Shown here piece by piece: positions 24,598 through 38,300 of a stretch of DNA of 64,000 nucleotides (within the stretch, counting starts at the first letter, position 1; each line of letters opens with the position of its first letter). The notes beneath the pieces are model-generated. The model was not told the origin of the DNA and did no database searches. It was given only the letters and a program-made list of their open reading frames with translations. Made by a program: the position numbers and the translations under genes. The DNA lies in contig NC_092672.1 of NCBI RefSeq assembly GCF_964355755.1, positions 15,686,001 through 15,750,000 on the forward strand, written 5' to 3'. This DNA comes from Antedon mediterranea (lineage: Eukaryota; Animalia; Echinodermata).

Positions 24598-25103
24598 GGC
24601 CAAGGTAGGCTAAACTCCCAAAAAACTTGGCAGTTATACATTAAATTATCATACTGTACCATGTTATACCGTAGTTCCTAAATCCAAGTTGTATTTTCCT
24701 CATGTACAATATACTCATATGCATTATGATCATTAATGAGTTTATTAAGGATCTACTTTGTTTAAAATTTAGTTTCTTCAGTAATAGATTTTTTGAGCAG
24801 CTTTGAAATATGGAAAAAACTTTGCTACATTTTGCCAAATTATGTCAACATTTCATTAGCGTTGAATCGGTTAAAATACGCACAAAACAAAATTATATAT
24901 TAGATTTGGTCAAAACACATACTTTTAGTGTAACGGGTGGTCAAAACAATATCTTGTGGACACTTCCAACACTTCAACATCAACCGGGAATCCACGAACA
25001 TTTTAAGGATTCAGCCAAGTAGCCTTGTAAGCCTGTTGAATATGCGTGTAATAGCGTGTTGTATAAATGGGTGTGTTGGAAGTGTCCTCAGGGTATTGTT
25101 TAA

Positions 25104-25650
25104 AGATGTATTGTCCCTTGAAACACAAAAAAATGATGGTCAAAATATTCTAAATTTAAAGTGGCCATATCAAAGTAATATTAAAGTTACTCACTTTAAG
25201 TCGAAAATTTAAGCCAAAAACAACAAGTTTACGTAATTAACAGGTAAATTAGTTTGATTACATTTCATCTGGAAAATCGTCACGAGCGAAAGTAAACAAA
25301 GATTTCAAACCATGAGTACGCATTATGCATATGCTAAATTAGGATTGTTTACAACTCGTCACGGTTAAGAAGGTATTTTCACACAGATCATGAGGAAGTT
25401 TTATGATTATGCATACAGAGTAGCCAAACAAGCGCATTTCATTATTAGATATGTTTGGATTGAAAACTTTGACTGGAAGTCAAAGTTATTTTTTTAACAC
25501 AAAAACGTCTGTATTTCAGTAAAAAAATTTAGTTTTCGAAAAATTTTTGGTGATAGTTAATAACTATTATGATACTTCAAAATGACCCACATTTTTTCGA
25601 AATCTTTTATTTTTTATTTTTTTGGAATTAGTCAAAGGGACAATACATCT
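25104..25650. mobile_element. Kolobok-like non-autonomous TIR element
   Basis: TTAA on both sides, TIR agatgtattgtccctt / aagggacaatacatct, purine-purine termini. Confidence 0.8.
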
Positions 25651-26145
25651 TTAACTTCTCGTTAAATAAAAGTATGTGCTGTGAAAATGTTGACAAAATC
25701 TTTAACCGATTTAGCGCTTAACCTTAATCCTAATCAAATGTTAAGCGCTAAATCTATTTGTAGGCCTAGCTGGTAAACAGTAATAACGTACGAACATTAA
25801 TTGTGTAATAAAAAATATTAAAGAATACAAGAATGAACAATACTTATTTTATCTTATAATATCTATGTTTACAGTTTAAAGTTAGTTGTTTTCATCTGTC
25901 TTGATTTTACAACATCCTTCTATTTTGGTAATTATTTATTATGCATTAATTCAAAGTCATGTAGATTGTATGTGCAATAATATCACTTTATCATTAGATT
26001 TTATGAAAATGCAATGTACGGTTAACTGAATAAAACAATTTGGAGTCTGCTGTTATTATTCATAACAAAATGTAATAAAAACCTAAAAAGAATTAAAACA
26101 AAAACAACTGAATTAATTAAATTTCAGTATATATCCGGCCGTTAA

Positions 26146-26220
26146 AGGCCCAGTGGTCTAATGGTTAGGGCAACTGCATATCAAGTAAACAGTCCGAGTC
26201 TCGGTTAGGGTGACTTTTTC
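26146..26220 (+). mobile_element. tRNA-derived SINE head, decayed
   Basis: ggcccagtggtctaatggttag (A box) and ctgcatatcaag, similar to 54283-54365. B box is degenerate. Confidence 0.6.
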
Positions 26221-26345
26221 TCATTCTCACAGACTGCCTCCTCTTTATCGTTTCAATATTAACCACCATTTAAACTGGTTTTTTAGTTCCATTCCAAAAA
26301 AAAACGAAAAGCTAAATCAAAACGGTAAAATAGCCAGAAAAATTA

Positions 26346-26382
26346 GCAGAGGTTTTGGGCAACACTAGCCCTTCATCAGTGC
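26346..26382 (-). ncRNA. Degenerate minimal type I hammerhead ribozyme (Penelope-type)
   Basis: Minus strand reads GCA-CTGATGA-A-GGGC-tagtgtt-GCCC-AAAAC-CTC-TGC. The core GAAA is changed to AAAA. Confidence 0.55.
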
Positions 26383-26386
26383 AAGA

Positions 26387-26409
26387 GATATATATATATC
26401 TATATATAT

Positions 26410-26500
<91 letters not shown>
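26387..26500. repeat. (TA)n microsatellite
   Basis: Seen directly. Confidence 0.97.
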
Positions 26501-26503
<3 letters not shown>

Positions 26504-26556
26504 CTAAATCAAAAAAATATATATATGTGCTGCATTAGTGGCTGGATCTCAATGGA

Positions 26557-27864
26557 TTATGTCTTTTTGCTTTCTTCTATTTCTGCATACAATGATATGG
26601 AATCTTTATCTAAGTCCATAGGAACTTGTGCACCTATTGACCTCTTCCATTTACCTTCAACAGCTCTTCTCATTGTGGCTACACTGTCCTTTGGTTCAAA
26701 ATAAACATCCGGTTGTGGCACTCTTTGTCCCATGTAATCTAAAGACTGGTGTCGTCTCGAATAAAGAAGAAAGATACACAATAGAAGTGTCATCATACTT
26801 GCCAGAAGTAACAAAAATGCACCAGTTACTGATAAAATAGTAGTATATGAAGTTACAGGTTGAGGTTTGTTTGTGCCAAATGTGCTAAAGTATATAGGTG
26901 TAGTCAATTTTGAGTGTTGTTTTACAATTGTTATGCTTATAGCTTTTGTGCTTTTCCCTACAGCATTTGTAGCATAACAAGTTAATTTAATGGTTAAATC
27001 ATGGCTGTTGAATGGCATCACACGTATCGCTTGTCCACCATTTTCAATTTTAAATTGATTTTGTCGTAAATCTGTAATCCATCCATATTTACTCACATCT
27101 GGATTGCCATCAGCATTACAAACAAAAACATTTTCTGTTCCTATTTCAAGTTTTGAATCTCCTCCTATACTTATAATAGGTGAATATTTAACATTTAAAG
27201 GCCCAAATGTACATTGCCTTGTCTCTGTCCCGAGAACACCTGAGGTAAGTTGACATGTAATTGTTACCCCATTATCATTCTTTGATGCTACAAACGAATA
27301 CTCTATAATAATGTCTTCCGATTTTCGAGCATCAGTAATTAGGCTAAAACTGTTATTCCATCTCATATCTAAACGAATATCGGCATTAGTTTTCTCAGAC
27401 TCGCATTGCAAGTGAACAAGTTGACCTACTTTAATTTCTGGCAAATCATTACATTTTGGGTACTCTTTTTTTGGTATGCGTATAACAACCAGCGAACTAG
27501 CCGTATGAAGTATTCTTCGTTCACCTTGATAAACATTACATTCATATTTATAGTTTTCATCATGTACTTCAACTGAAGTTATTGTTAGCCCGCTATTTTG
27601 CTCAATCTTAAAACGGCTATCAAGTTGAATTTCTTTTGAAACATTTGTCTTCTTGTTTATACGAAACCATTTAAATGAATGAATATCTTGAAATGTATCA
27701 ATCTTGCATGAAAACAATGCTTCTCCATTCTCTGGCACTTTAACTACTTTTTGTGGAAAGCTTGTAAATCTTACAGCATGTGATACAAGAAATAAAAGAC
27801 TGAAGCCGGTTGTGATTGTAGTCCTATGAATATAACTCATCATGGTTTTCTGGTTGTCATGCAC
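26557..27864 (-). CDS. Type I membrane immunoglobulin-superfamily protein (signal peptide, 3 Ig domains, TM helix, tyrosine-motif tail); nectin/CADM/kirrel-like architecture
   Basis: 435-aa uninterrupted ORF. Hydrophobic leader GFSLLFLVSHA; Cys/Trp sets FSC..FKW..YEC, LQC..MRW..ITC and FVC..YGW..LTC; TM ILSVTGAFLLLLASMMTLLLCIFLLY; tail with DVYFEP and SLYAEI. Confidence 0.9.
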   Translation of the reverse strand: MHDNQKTMMSYIHRTTITTGFSLLFLVSHAVRFTSFPQKVVKVPENGEALFSCKIDTFQDIHSFKWFRINKKTNVSKEIQLDSRFKIEQNSGLTITSVEVHDENYKYECNVYQGERRILHTASSLVVIRIPKKEYPKCNDLPEIKVGQLVHLQCESEKTNADIRLDMRWNNSFSLITDARKSEDIIIEYSFVASKNDNGVTITCQLTSGVLGTETRQCTFGPLNVKYSPIISIGGDSKLEIGTENVFVCNADGNPDVSKYGWITDLRQNQFKIENGGQAIRVMPFNSHDLTIKLTCYATNAVGKSTKAISITIVKQHSKLTTPIYFSTFGTNKPQPVTSYTTILSVTGAFLLLLASMMTLLLCIFLLYSRRHQSLDYMGQRVPQPDVYFEPKDSVATMRRAVEGKWKRSIGAQVPMDLDKDSISLYAEIEESKKT

Positions 27865-28221
27865 ACTTCTTGTACTACTTTTACTGAAGTAATACGTTGC
27901 TGTTCAACCAGATCAGATCGAGCACTGACTGACAGAAGAAATTACTGCTCCACAAAACGAACTCATCTCAGAAATAAGCTAACATTTTATCACAGAGTTG
28001 TGAAGTTTATTAGCTTATTGAAGCATGCAAAGAAACTACCAACCCAATTGTAATAATGAATATAGCGCCACTGTTGGTTATTGTCATTCAGCTTGTATCA
28101 AGGTGTTCCGGCTGACTGATTTTTTGAATTGAAACGTCAGAAGGTATGAAAGCACAGTCCAAAGAGGGAGCTATAACATTTTAACAATACATCAAACCAT
28201 AGAAAAGAGTCGTTTTTATTT

Positions 28222-28372
28222 TACAGATATTGCCTGCTTAGAGGTTAAATATAAGATTTGACATCCCCGAGGGAATGATATTTTGTTCGAGGGAATATAT
28301 ACAAATATATTTCTCGAGAACATAATATCATTCCCAAGGGGTTATCAAATATATAAAAGGCGATATCTGTTA
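28222..28372. repeat. Palindromic MITE-like element
   Basis: atttgacatcccc.agggaatgatatt pairs with aatatcattccc.aggggttatcaaat, with an outer acagatattgcc/ggcgatatctgt pair. Confidence 0.7.
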
Positions 28373-28794
28373 TATTACATATCTACTGCTGGGTCGGATG
28401 TAGATTAGGCCACCTTTGTAATAAGCCTGCCTACTTGTGGATTCACCTTACCTTGTGAAGAATAATATACAGATAATTACTAATTAATGATTCACTTAGA
28501 CCTAGGTCGTTTAAATAAACAGAATAATTTACATCAATAAGCCTACATTAATGATAATAATATTACGTATTATCATGGAGATACTCCATGGTATTATCAG
28601 ATAGGCCGAATAAATAATAATTCGTCTTCTTCGCGAGGAGAGCCGAATCACCGGATGTCCAGCGTGCCGCGCGTACCAGGTTACTACCGTGAGTATTAAC
28701 CAATCACAAACGGTCTTTCATCACAACTAGGGAGGGCTAACAACAAATGAGGGCGCTATGTATGCATAGTTTAAATAGTTTAGTTGTTTAAGCA

Positions 28795-28875
28795 AGTTCC
28801 GTGGCGCAGCGGATAAAACGTTGTCTTGTGATGGTGTGAACAAATCATCGCGAATTCAAGTCTCAGTAGATGAAT
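28795..28875 (+). mobile_element. tRNA-derived SINE-like head
   Basis: agttccgtggcgcagcggataaaacg (A-box-like) and gaattcaagtctc (decayed B box). No intact cloverleaf. Confidence 0.45.
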
Positions 28876-30559
28876 TTTGTTTAGTATTGCCACACACGAA
28901 AATGACAGTCAATATCATCGTACTCGAGGATATATACTATTTACGATCTTCGAAGTGCACTTCAAGAAGTGTGCCACTGTTTCAAATCTCCCACACACAC
29001 ACAGCGTCACGTGTGTCACGCCTAGATTGAAGTTAATTATATGGCTACTGAAGAACGCAATTAAAAGTATACAGATATATAATATTAGAAACTGAATGTC
29101 TTTATTTCTTTATCCGCCGGTCACTTCTTCGTGACTTGTTCACTACCACTAACAATCCAATCATACATAAACATTCATGTGTATACTCGGCTTGGTTTAC
29201 TACAAATGGTGGTCAGACAGTTACGTATTGGTACCAACTTCAGCCCAACGGGCAGCACTACAAACAAACGTTAACGTTTAATTGTTACAGTTATCTACGT
29301 TAGCACAGAAGTACATTGTAGCCTATACATTATCGTTATTACAAGTATATAGTATTACAAGTATATAGTACTAAAATAAATGAGTACCTTACTTAAAATG
29401 GTCAATCTGTATTATTGAGGTGTGACACCTCCCTTCTCTATAAGGTTGATGTGAGGTGTACTTAACACATTCCTCAGCAATTCTTATATACGGTAATACA
29501 CCTGACTAGTTCTATGCAAATTACCCTTTGCGTTTAACTTTTGATACCCGTCACTTTTGACTGTGACAATTCGTAAAGAGAAGAATAGAATATAGTTCCA
29601 TAGTTTTTGAATTGTACGAAAATCTTATCAAGTTAGTGGAATAATTAAAAAAGATTTTTCCAAAAAAGATATAAGTACAGTATTAGGACTAACGGTGTTA
29701 TTAATAAGATTTCTTAAATCCGTTGCCAGACACATTTGTTGTTTGTAAAAATAGATAAGTTGATTATACTTGTAATATGTACAGTTAATTGGAAGAATAC
29801 TATTGTTTTATTCATAATTTAGATCAAGAATAGGCACTTACTAACCACATTCGCATATACGCATTTCATACATGGTTAGTGATTTCTATAAATATTTCTC
29901 AAACATTTATGCATTGTGTGAAAACTTGCCGCATCCCCATATACATTCCAGATAAAAGAAAATCTCATTCATAATGTAATACTATATAGTAAAAGTTTTA
30001 ATTCACAACATTATCTTAGCAGTTTTATGTGTTGGCATTGAATTGTAACTAGTCTATTGATGAAATTTATATATAATATAAGCATTTGAATAAAGAGTTT
30101 TATTATTCGTACAAAAACATGTTTCATTAGCTTATTCCAGGTATTGATAAACTTTATATAATTTCTTCAATTCAAATATGTTAAGCCAGTTTATCTGCTA
30201 AATGATCCTAAAATGGATGTTGATTTAAATTACGTTGACTCATAAGAAAGTGCGTAGGCCTAAACAATCTTTAAAATAATGTGTATTGTGATTGTATGAT
30301 TTGATACTTTCCCACTTGACATCTACTTCTACAAGTGGTCCCAATTGATCCGGGCAAAAGCAATGTATTATCATGCTCTATTTTTTCCCTCAAAATTACA
30401 TTTCTGGTAAAAAATCCGAATTGTTTATTCATTCAATACTTTTTTATTTTGGATTTAGGAGTTCTAAATCTGGCCACTTTGGTACTTGATAATTGACCTT
30501 CAATCGTTGATATATAAAGTTTGTGGTACACCACGTATATTGTTCTAAAAAAACTGTTG

Positions 30560-30930
30560 AGTTTGTCAACGTTTCGATCAATATGCTTTGTTCATCCTCC
30601 TGATTTCGCCATGCAAACCTTCAAACAATATATGACCTTCAGTCCTTAGAGTAGGGTCCTCATTTTTCCTTATAATAACTTTACACTATGTACAGACATG
30701 ATATCATCTTGTAGTAAATTCCATTTATCCACAACACGATTTGCAGAGAACTGTTTTCAAACATCTTTTCTAAGCGGTTTATATCTTGTTGAGTTTTTGG
30801 ATTCCAAACAACCGATGTATGTTCTAAAATTGGTCTTATGATTGGCTTGAAAAGAGTAATCAATTTTGCTTCAGAAAACCCATAAAACATCTTTTAATAA
30901 TGCCTTTCCTCTGATTAGCCTTCTAGACTT
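30560..30930 (-). mobile_element. CR1-type LINE post-RT fragment
   Basis: LFKPIIRPILEHTSVVWNP..INRLEK in ORF 30681-30890. Confidence 0.7.
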
Positions 30931-32902
30931 GCTCCAAGTCTGTATTGTTTTTTTTAATAATTTATTTGTTTTTATTTCGACCGCAATTTTTGTCTGAAAC
31001 TCAAGTAATACACGTATGAAACGCCATATGTGCAAAAATGTTTATATTTTTACTAATATTAAGAAAAAAACTCCGTCTGGAGCCCAGACTAATTAGCCTT
31101 CATGCAAACTTCTTCATGACGAGTATTTTGAAATCTTTCGATATTGAAACCAAGATCTTCTTTACATATTGAAGAGAAGCGTGGAATCTTACAATATTAT
31201 GTAACAATTGTTTTTACCAGCTGAGGATGACAACAAACCTTCTGTAGCTGGTCACAAACAGCATAGCTTCTGATTTCTTTTAATATTTTAATATCGTCCG
31301 CAAACATTTTGGCAGTTGCTTCCCGGCATTCTTTATTCTTATTCTCATTCTTTATTTCCTCTCTCTCTTTTTAAAAATGTCTTCACCATTTCATACCATT
31401 TATTGTGCACTGTATTAATAACGAATTGCAACACCTTAATAGATAGCATATACCCTATGCCTGTATTTATTTGATTTTATATTTAATATAGAAACAGGTA
31501 AAATGGTTAAAAGCGTCAATGAATGATATATATTGTATTTTTGTTATTACAGTGATAACCCCAGAAACAACAACTGCGATAACGTAAACTAGGTAATTTT
31601 AATAAAGAAGATTAAAAAAAAGAAAACTCGACCTCCACTAAACGAACACACCAATTGAAGAATGAACGCTCATTGTCAATAATCATTTGTATTTTTATTT
31701 TCTGTAGAAATCTCGTATACCATTTATTTTAATTCGAATCTATTCAATACTGTACATCATACATAAGGCCAAAACAAAATTATTTTGTTGGCCACGTTTT
31801 GGGTAAATCCCCAAAACGGGTAGGTCGGTAGGAAAAGTTTTTTGCCGGCAAAAAAAATAAACAAAATGATAAACAAATGATAAAAAAAGAGGTTTAAAAA
31901 CACTTTTCATAGCACCCTAGGCTCATGCTAGCTATAAATATTGTTTCAACAGAAGTTTAAAATAGGTTTATTAAATAAACGTATGCTTACCTTTTCTAGG
32001 CATAGGGCTAGGCCTAGCTAGCTCCTAGGCTCTGCTACCACTTTTAAAGCCAACAACAATCAAGATCGCGAGGATTAGGCCCAGTGTTGCCAGCGATAAA
32101 ATTTAAATTATGCCGTAGCCTGTCTCAAATAATGCCAGATTGGGAAAAATAATCCCAAATCCCCAAATTGTGGCCCTTATATAAAAAAACCCTGTAAAAC
32201 CCCAACTGACACAAAGTGGGCTAAAAATGTTATCCCATGTAGTTACAAATTTATATTTTTAGTTTTGTGTGTAATAACTAATATAATAATTCACAATATC
32301 GGAGGTGCGAAAATGGTATTTGCAAATGTCATCAAACATCACCAGCCCCCCCCCCCCCCCACCCGACCCAAATTCAAAACCTGCTACAGCCATGGAAATT
32401 TGAAATATATATTAATGTCTTCAAGACCTCAGCCCCAACATGGTTGGAAAATTGGGGGAAAATAGAGCTGCTCGATGGCCGAAAAGGCACTTAAAGATGT
32501 ACTGTCCCCCAAAAACATGAAAAATGAAGATTAATTAAATCAGACTTTGAATAGATTATTTTGTAGTTTTAATAAAAAAAAAAAAAACCCAAAAATTTGT
32601 TCACTTATTTTTTTATTTTTTTTTTCTTAAAAAATGAGAATTACCAAACAATTGTAGATTATAAATATGTAAAACATTATAGGATTTAAATTTGTATACA
32701 TTAGATTTTCATTATTTTTATTTAAGGCTAGAAATATCAGATAGTACTAAAGATATGTTTTTCATCCTGATAATTTTAATTTGGTCCAAAATAATTTTAA
32801 TACAAAAGTTCTTTTGCGTATTTATTTAGAAATAGATTGAGGTATAGATTTTGTATGAATTCTGAATAATGCAGTATATAATATTGTAATGTTTTTAGAT
32901 TA

Positions 32903-33225
32903 GGTCACGTTAAGAACCTTCGGGTTCGGCAGCAGGTGTATCCCACCGACTTATCTAGTTGGTCTACGTCAAAATAATCAAATAAAAGACTACACAATAA
33001 ATCCGGTTCCAATTGCTTTATTCAAAACTCACCCTTCATAATCGAAGTAAATCAATGAAATATCCACAAGACAAAGTATAAAAATTACAGGTACAGTACA
33101 ACAATATGAGAAGGAGGCTCATGCGTCCGTTCAGGTCCAGTGCTCTGAATCGACTCTCTCACATGGCCCGGGACATCCCTTATAAATGAACCATAATTAA
33201 CTGTAGAGGGCGCATTTTCATCACA
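32903..33225 (-). mobile_element. Possible solo LTR
   Basis: Minus strand begins tgtgatga and has a TATA-like tttataaggg, an aataaa and a structured end. Terminus and TSD are imperfect. Confidence 0.4.
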
Positions 33226-33629
33226 ATATTCCCAATACTAAACTTAAATCTTCGTACAAAACTACATTTAAGCTAACATTAATCTACAAATGAAATATGT
33301 TTTTATAGGATTGGAAATGCATACAGTTGACAGAATTAACATATAACATTGATGAGTGTGATTTAAAGATGTTTCACACACGTAATACAAGGTGCTAACA
33401 TTACGCAAGCTTGTATCGATACAGGCAATATTACATTTTTAACAGTACTTTCCCAAATTACAAACGTCAATTAAAATCAAGAAATGTATTCATTTCCAGG
33501 AACAATAAGTTAAATATACCACGCTGCTTACAATGTACAAATTCTGATCTACCTATGCTACGTACAAAACCATGTAAAAACCATTGAAAATTATGAAAGA
33601 AAGAAATGTTTAATGATTGCGGTTATTCC

Positions 33630-34030
<401 letters not shown>

Positions 34031-34425
34031 TGTTTAAGTATTATGGTTTTTTTTAGTAAATAGTATTTAAAGTTCTAACTTAACACGTCTTCTTTTCGCG
34101 CAATTACAAACAACAAATTTTTTCACTTATAAGATAACATATAAATGGTTAAATTCAACCAAAAATCCATTGGCTGGCAGCCAATTTGACCATTTTTTGC
34201 TTTAAATTACAGGTTTTTTTTAGGTAAATACAATTTTTTTAAAGTGGATAACTATTGTGTGACATTAAAATTCCATATTCAACAAAAAAAATTGTAAAAA
34301 TTATTTTTCAGGGGAACAATACATCTTTAATTTCAAATGAAATAATTAATATATATTTATTAGTGCCTCCAGGATCTTAGCCCACCATGTTCCAAAAATG
34401 GCACTTATAATTTAAAATAGGAAAT

Positions 34426-34534
34426 AACAAGGCCAACAGCCATAAGTCGCGTGCTAAAACGCATAGTGATACCGGACCGACAGACAGACCGACCGACATA
34501 GTGAACTATAGAGTCGCGTCCACGCGACTAAAAA
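34426..34534 (-). mobile_element. Short HINE/DINE-1-like copy
   Basis: Near-identical to 18973-19086. Confidence 0.8.
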
Positions 34535-35308
34535 TGTATATTAGTGTCTCGAGGACCTCATCCCCACCAACGTCATATAACAAAGTTTCCTGCACATCTA
34601 CAGTTAGAGGTCAATCTTTTGACAAAGTTATACAATCTTATGTTTACAAAAATTAGAGATAAGCCTACAGCTGCAACACAATTTTGGGAAAGAAAGAAGA
34701 ATAAGATAGAAAAAAAAGATCGTGACAATAACAAGGGGTTATCCGCCAAGTGCGGATAACCAATAAATAGTTTTTAATCATGTGACAAAAAACAATTAAC
34801 TGTACTGGTACTCTTCCAATTAAAGATCACTTTACTTAAAGTCACCTCAAATTAGCGACCATTATATCTTTTTTGTTATGTCCATTCATTTTAAATTGAT
34901 ATGGCTGTTCTGGTCTGTGAAACAACAGGGTTTATTATAATTTGATTAGACTATTTCTCCTGATGTAACAATAATAATATTTATTTGGATCGACACATGT
35001 TTTGCGATTCAAGTTGATATTCTAAGGAATTATAAATACCCCAATGGGAGTTGAATGTCCAGTGGCCTAATTGTTACAGGATAAAGGTGATGTGACAGTC
35101 GAGGGACCTATTTTGTTACTGATTTGAACTGCCCGGATGGTTGTAACCATTTCCAACAGCTGGTGTTACACTATTCAATGCTGAAAATTGTCCGGTGGAC
35201 ACTTTTCAACACCAGACAATGTTCAATCTTATTTCAATGTTCTTATATCTTAACCCTAATTAAATATGGTTTTTAAAAAAAATCTTTCAGAAATCAAAAT
35301 AAAATTGA

Positions 35309-38300
35309 AGTTAAAAGTGAATTTCTCGCCGTCGCAATTCCAGAATCGAATGCGTTCGATCTTCATAACGGTAACGAAACGAACGGGTTCATCCGTGTCT
35401 ATTGTGTATTGTATTCAGCGGTCAAATGTGAGGCGCTACCGATGTATTTATTTGATCAAATAAATTCTTTTGTGTGCACTAACATTTATTATTTATTTCA
35501 TTCCAGACCAACAGCGAATCATCGCCACTAACAGGCTGGTTAAAATCTTACTAAAACACGCCGACACGCCCTTCTGCCTGTGATGGTATTCTGTTTAATA
35601 ATGCGTGTGTATTTTTGATCATCTAAAATTGTACCAAAAGCTGCATTGAATGAACAATATAAACAATTACAACTTAATATTTTGAGATCAAATGTTTGGT
35701 GGGTTGGGTTGGTCTGAAATTGTAGCACATATTTTAATTTCATTAGGAAATTGTTCCCATAATCTAGGGAAAATAACAAACGATGAATTTTAAAATGTAT
35801 TGGTCTTAGCCTTCCAATGTATTAACCGCCCTTCACACTCTCACTTGATCTCACAAACTCATTAAAGGATGAGGGACAGAGGCCATGCATTATTTTAAAA
35901 CCTAATGTGAGTCTATACACTTTAAATATATCTTCAATATTTAAAATATTTAGGGTCTTTAACCTATATAAATATGAAGTGTCCCAATTTCCTTCTTTTC
36001 TGTACATAATTATTCTAGTGGCCTTTTCTGAACCCTTTCAAATCTATACATATGAGATATTTCAGTAGGTGCCCACATACAACAACAGTAAGTCATAACA
36101 GGTAATATTAGTGCTTTGTAAAGATTTAGCATTGCCATCCAAGACATTGCTTTACTACATCTTGAAACAAAACCAAGAAGTTTGCTTGCCTTACTACAAA
36201 CATACTCTAGATGAGAGTGGGATGTTAATTTACTGTTGATATATACACCAAATAGTTTGAATTCATGGACTCTTTCCGTTGAATCAGAATTGATATCGTA
36301 AAAGCAAATATGATGGCATCTTTACACCGTGATAAACTCATAGCTGCACATTTTGATGTATTTAATGGTAGTTTATTTAAAACTGACCATTCATAAATCT
36401 TATCTAAATCACTCTGTGTAACTTTATACAGTCTTCTAATTCATGAATAGGTCTTGAAATGGTATTGTCATCTGCAAATTGAAAAATTGAAGATTCTATA
36501 CCATATTCAAGATCACTCACATACAATAGAAACAAAAGAGGGCCAAGAACTGACCCTGGGGTACCCCTGATATTACATTCTTCCAATGCGATACTTCACC
36601 TCTATAGATAACTCTTTGTTTTCTATTTAAAAGAAAATCCTGAATCCATTTATTTAAACCTTTGTTTAAGCCAATATTGTTAAGTTTGTTAATCAGACGC
36701 TTATGGCGTACTTTATCAAAAGCAGATGAAAAATCTAAGAAAATTACATCTACTTGCTTACAATTGTTTGCATCTAAACTTTGAGCCCATGAATGAAACG
36801 CCTTAGTGAGTAACAATTCAGTACTATAAGCATGTCTAAAACCAAACTGATTATCTGATAATATACGATTAGCCTCTAAGAAATTATTGATTCGGGTACA
36901 TACAAGTTTCTCCATAATTTTACAAACAATTGGTGTTAAAGACACAGGTCTATAACTCTAAAATCACCTTTGCTTTTTGAAAACAGGTACAACATTAGCA
37001 GTTTTCCACTGTTTTGGTAAAATGCCTTTTTCTAAAGATAAGCTAAAAAAAGTCGCACAACAATCGTGCTAGTTCTGCCTTACAAACCTTTAGAAATATG
37101 GGAAGTAAATTATCAGGTCCTGGAGATTTTGAAACAATTAAATAGTTTAATGCCTGATAAACCTCCATCACATTAAATTTCTCAAGTTCTATATAATGCT
37201 GAGGGATAATATCAGAGTTGCAGAGCAAGTCATCATTACCATCATCATCATTATTACTGAAATTACTAGAAAATTGATCATTGAACAAATTTGCTATCTC
37301 TCTAGACACCATCATTAATCTTATAACTTGTGAATCTTGTCTAATTGCCCTAATATATGCCCAAAATTGCTTTATATTTGAAGTAGCCTTATTTGAGATG
37401 TCTAAAAGATAATTTCTGTGACTACAATATATGGCTTTTTTCAGTTCCTTACTACAACACTTAAATCTATCTGTATCTTCATTTGTTTTTAAAATCTTAG
37501 CCTTCCCATATAATTTTCTTTTCTTTGTACAAAGTTTCTTAATTTCTGTAGTAATCCATGGAAATTCATACACAATCCAAATGTTATCATTTTCGATTTT
37601 CTTTTAATTATTCTTCCGAAAGTCGATTATCGTTTACGCAATCTGGAAAATATGTACAAAGACATCTTCAAAAAATGGGTACAAAAATACAAAAGAAAAT
37701 GACGCACAGAATTAATGAAGTATGATAAACTTCCACGTTTACTTTTATTGTATGTTTTGTTATGTTATCGTACCGTTTTTGCCATACGAAACATGATTAA
37801 AACAAAATAACCGTAATTAAAGAAATCGTGCAATCGATTGGTGTATTTTTTGTATCAATTTTTTAAAGATATCGTACATTTTTTCCAGATGACGTAGAAA
37901 GAAAAACACTCTTGACTAAAAATTACAATTAACGCAATCATTTTTAATTCATTTTGTTATTACATGACGATAATAATAATAATTATTATTGCTGATTCTA
38001 TGCGATATAAAATACACGGTAATACTTTCTGTTCTTGCCACATACCTCTTCTATGATTCTACTCTTTTTTTTTTAAGTACGAAAGCCTAACGAATTTTAA
38101 AATGACAATCGACTTTCACCGGAAGAATATATTAAACAGAATACCATCACAGACAGAAGGGCGTGTCGGATTACTGGAATGACCGTAGCCAATTCTATGA
38201 TTTCATTAAAAAGGGACCAACAAAATATCAACCAAAAAATAGTTGCATTAAGTTTTATTCATTTATAAATGTTATAGTGTACAAAAAAAATTTCTGATTT

